A stretch of DNA of 64,000 nt from the NCBI GenBank assembly GCA_043228905.1, contig JBHGNT010000052.1, forward strand, positions 1-64,000, written 5' to 3'. Under the pieces are notes generated by a model that worked only from the letters and a program-made list of their open reading frames with translations, did no database searches and was not told the origin of the DNA. The translations under genes were made by a program, and so were the position numbers. Shown here piece by piece: positions 61,401-64,000 of the stretch (the first letter of the stretch is position 1; each line of letters begins with the position of its first letter). This DNA is from Azolla caroliniana (lineage: Eukaryota; Plantae; Polypodiophyta).

Positions 61401-64000
61401 ATCACGATTTTGAAACTGAGGTAGTGAGACATGAAGAAAAAAGCAAAGCTGAGGAGTAAATGAAAATTATCATATCTGGCACGTGCAATATCCGAGTTCT
61501 GTGTTCAAACATGCGAATAGAAGGTAACAGTGCTAGTTATGATATGGAATTGAAAACTCACGATTTTGAAACTCAGGTTGCGAGACATGATGAAAAAAGC
61601 AATATTGGGGAGGTCGTAGACAAGATGACGTGAGTAAATGAAAATGTTCATACCTGGCTCGTGTGTTATCGGATTTTTGTGTGCAAACATGCGAATTGAA
61701 GCTAAGTACGCTATCTATGATATGGTATTGAAAAATCACGATTTTGAAACTCCGGTAGAGATACATCAAGAAAAAGCAAAGTTGAGGAGGTCGTAGACAA
61801 GAGCGCGGGAGTAAATGAAAATGTTCATACCTGGCTCGTGTGATATGGAATTTTTGTGATATGGAAGCTAACTATGATATCTACGATATCGAATTGAAAA
61901 ATCACGGTTTTGACACTTAGGTCGACAGACAGGATGAAAAAAGCAAAGTTGAGGAGGTCGTAGACAAGACGGCGTGAGTAAATGAAAATGTTCATCCCTG
62001 GCTCGTGTGATATCGGATTTTTGTGTTCAAATATGCGAATTCAAGCGAAGTACGCTATTTTTGTGTTCAAACATGCGAATTGAAGCTAAGTACGCTAAGT
62101 AAGCTTAGGTCGAGAGACATGATGAGAAAAGCAAAGTTGAGGAGGTCGTCGACAAGAGCGTGTGAGTAAATGAAAATGTTCATACCTAGCTCGTGTAATA
62201 TCGGATTTCTGTGTTGAAACATTCGAATGGAAGGTAAAAACACTAGTTATGATATGGATTTGAAAAATCACGATTTTGAAACTCAGGTTGAGAGACGTGA
62301 AGAAAAAATCAAAGTTGAGGAGGTCGTAGAGCAAAGCGCGTGAGTAAATGAAAATGTTCATACATGGCTCGTGTGCTATTGGATTTTTGTGTTCAAAAAT
62401 GCGAATCGAATATAAAAAGCTAGTTATTATATGGAAATGAAAAATCACGATTTTAAAATTTAGGCAGAGAGACATGAAGTAAAAAGCAAAGCTGAGGAGG
62501 TCGTAGACAAGAGCGCGTGAGTAAATGAAAATGTTCATATCTGACTCGTGCGATATCGGAGTTTTGTGTTCAAGTTTTTGAATTGAAGCTAAGTACGCTA
62601 TCCACGATATCGAATACAAAACTCAGGACTTCGAATCTTAGGTCGAGAGAAATGATGAGAAAAGCAAAGTTGAGGAGGTCGTCGACAAGAGCGCGTGAGT
62701 AATTTAAAATGTTCAAACATGCAAATCGGATTTTAATGTTCAAACATGCAAATCGAAGGTACTAACGCTAGTCCTGATAAGGAATTGAAAAGTCATGATT
62801 TTTAAACTCAGGTCGAGAGACATGATGAAACAAGCAAACTTGAGGAGGTCGTAGACAAGAGCGTGTGACTAAATTAAAATGCTCATACCTGTATCGTGTA
62901 ATATCGGATTTTTGTGTTCCAACATGCAAATCGAAGGAAACAACGCCAGTTATGATATCGAATTGAAAACTCATGATTTTGAAACTCAGGTCGGGAGAGA
63001 TGATGAAAAAAGCAAAGTTGAGAAGATCGTACACAAGAGGACGTGAGCAAATGAAAATGTTCATATCTGGCTCGTGCGATATCCGAGTTCTGTTTTCAAA
63101 CATGCGAATCGAATGTAACAACGCTAGTTATGATATGAAACTGAAAAATCACGATTTTGAAGCTCAGGTCGAGAGACATGAAGAAAATAGCAAACTGGAA
63201 GAGGTCGTAGACAAGAGGGCGTGAGTAAATGAAAATGTTCATATCTGGCACGTGCTATATCGGGGTTCTGTGTTCAAACATGCGAATCGAAGGTAAAAAC
63301 GCTAGTTATGATATGGAACTGAAAAATCACGATTTGTAAACTCACGATTTTGAAGCTTAGGTCGAGAGACATAATGAGAAAAGCAAAGTTGAGGAGGTCG
63401 TAGAGAAGAGCGCGTGAGTAAATGAAAATATTCATACCTGGCTCGTGAATTATCGGATTTATGTGTTAAAACATGTGAATCGAAGGTAAAAATGCTAGTT
63501 ATAATATGGATTTGAAAAATGACGATTTTGAAACTCAGGTCGTGAGACATGATGAAAATAGCAAAGTTGATGAGGTCGTAGATAAGAGGACGTGAGTAAA
63601 TGAAAATGTTCAGATCTGGCTCGTGCGATATCCGAGTTATGTGTTCAAACACGTGAATCGAAATTAACAACGCTAGTTATGATATGAAACTGAAAAATCA
63701 CGATTTTGAAGCTCAAGTCATGAGACATAAAGAAAATAGCAAAGTTGAGAAGGTCGTAGACAAGAGGGCGTGAGTAAATGAAAATTATCATATCTGGAAC
63801 GTGCAATATCGGAGTTCTGTGTTCCAAAATGCAAATAGAAGGTAGCAGTGTTAGTTATGATATGGAATTGATAACTCAGGATTTCGAAAGTCAAGGCGCG
63901 AGACATGATGAAAAAAGCAAAGTTGAGGAGGTCATAGAAGGGACGGCGTGAGTAAATGAAAATATTCATACTTGGCTCATGAGATATCAGATTTCTGTGT
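43480..64000. repeat. 178-bp satellite DNA array (about 115 monomer lengths in the window; continues past the window end)
   Basis: Consensus approx. TTCAAACATGCGAATCGAAGGTAACAACGCTAGTTATGATATGGAATTGAAAACTCATGATTTTGAAACTCAGGTCGAGAGACATGATGAAAAAAGCAAAGTTGAGGAGGTCGTAGACAAGAGCGCGTGAGTAAATGAAAATGTTCATACCTGGCTCGTGTGATATCGGATTTTTGTG; spurious ORFs recur at 43483, 43661, 43839, 44017, 44195 (period 178). Monomers are head-to-tail in one orientation. Confidence 0.97.
59873..59907 (+). repeat. Telomeric-repeat patch (TTTAGGG-like) inside a satellite monomer
   Basis: TTTAGGGTTTAGGGTATAGGGGTTATGGTTTAGGG replaces ~104 bp of one monomer. Confidence 0.8.

Noticed and set aside
43483-63969. Dozens of similar hydrophobic ~60-70 aa minus-strand ORFs (apparent small-peptide gene family)
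   Set aside because: Artefact of the 178-bp satellite: the monomer is not a multiple of 3, most starts are TTG/GTG, and stops and indels are scattered at random.

Overview
Eukaryotic, land-plant nuclear DNA; the PPR style and retroelement types suggest a fern or other non-seed vascular plant (inference). From left to right: (1) a six-exon histidine-phosphotransfer gene (AHP/HPt, + strand, 147-5846) whose exons 4-5 lie inside a 641-bp unit repeated six times in tandem; (2) an intronless PLS/E-class PPR gene (7888-9840); (3) a Ty1/copia insertion (9920-14630, TSD TAAAC) with an intact pol ORF, whose gag is replaced by an antisense LINE 3' fragment and whose 5' LTR has its central ~200 bp replaced by unrelated DNA; (4) a 488-bp x6 tandem array with dimer structure directly upstream of adenylosuccinate-lyase pseudogene exons; (5) a three-level nest of minus-strand LTR retrotransposons (~20.8-40.3 kb: a gypsy with an extra ORF, containing a copia with a triplicated zinc knuckle, containing a gag-only element with a tRNA-Trp PBS and 4-bp TSD); (6) AT-rich DNA with small tandem duplications; (7) at least 20.5 kb of a diverged 178-bp satellite running off the window end, with block duplications and a short telomeric-repeat patch. 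No rRNA, tRNA or CRISPR features were seen. Most short ORFs in the supplied track are artefacts of repeats or TE antisense strands. All coordinates were read by eye and may be off by a few bases.
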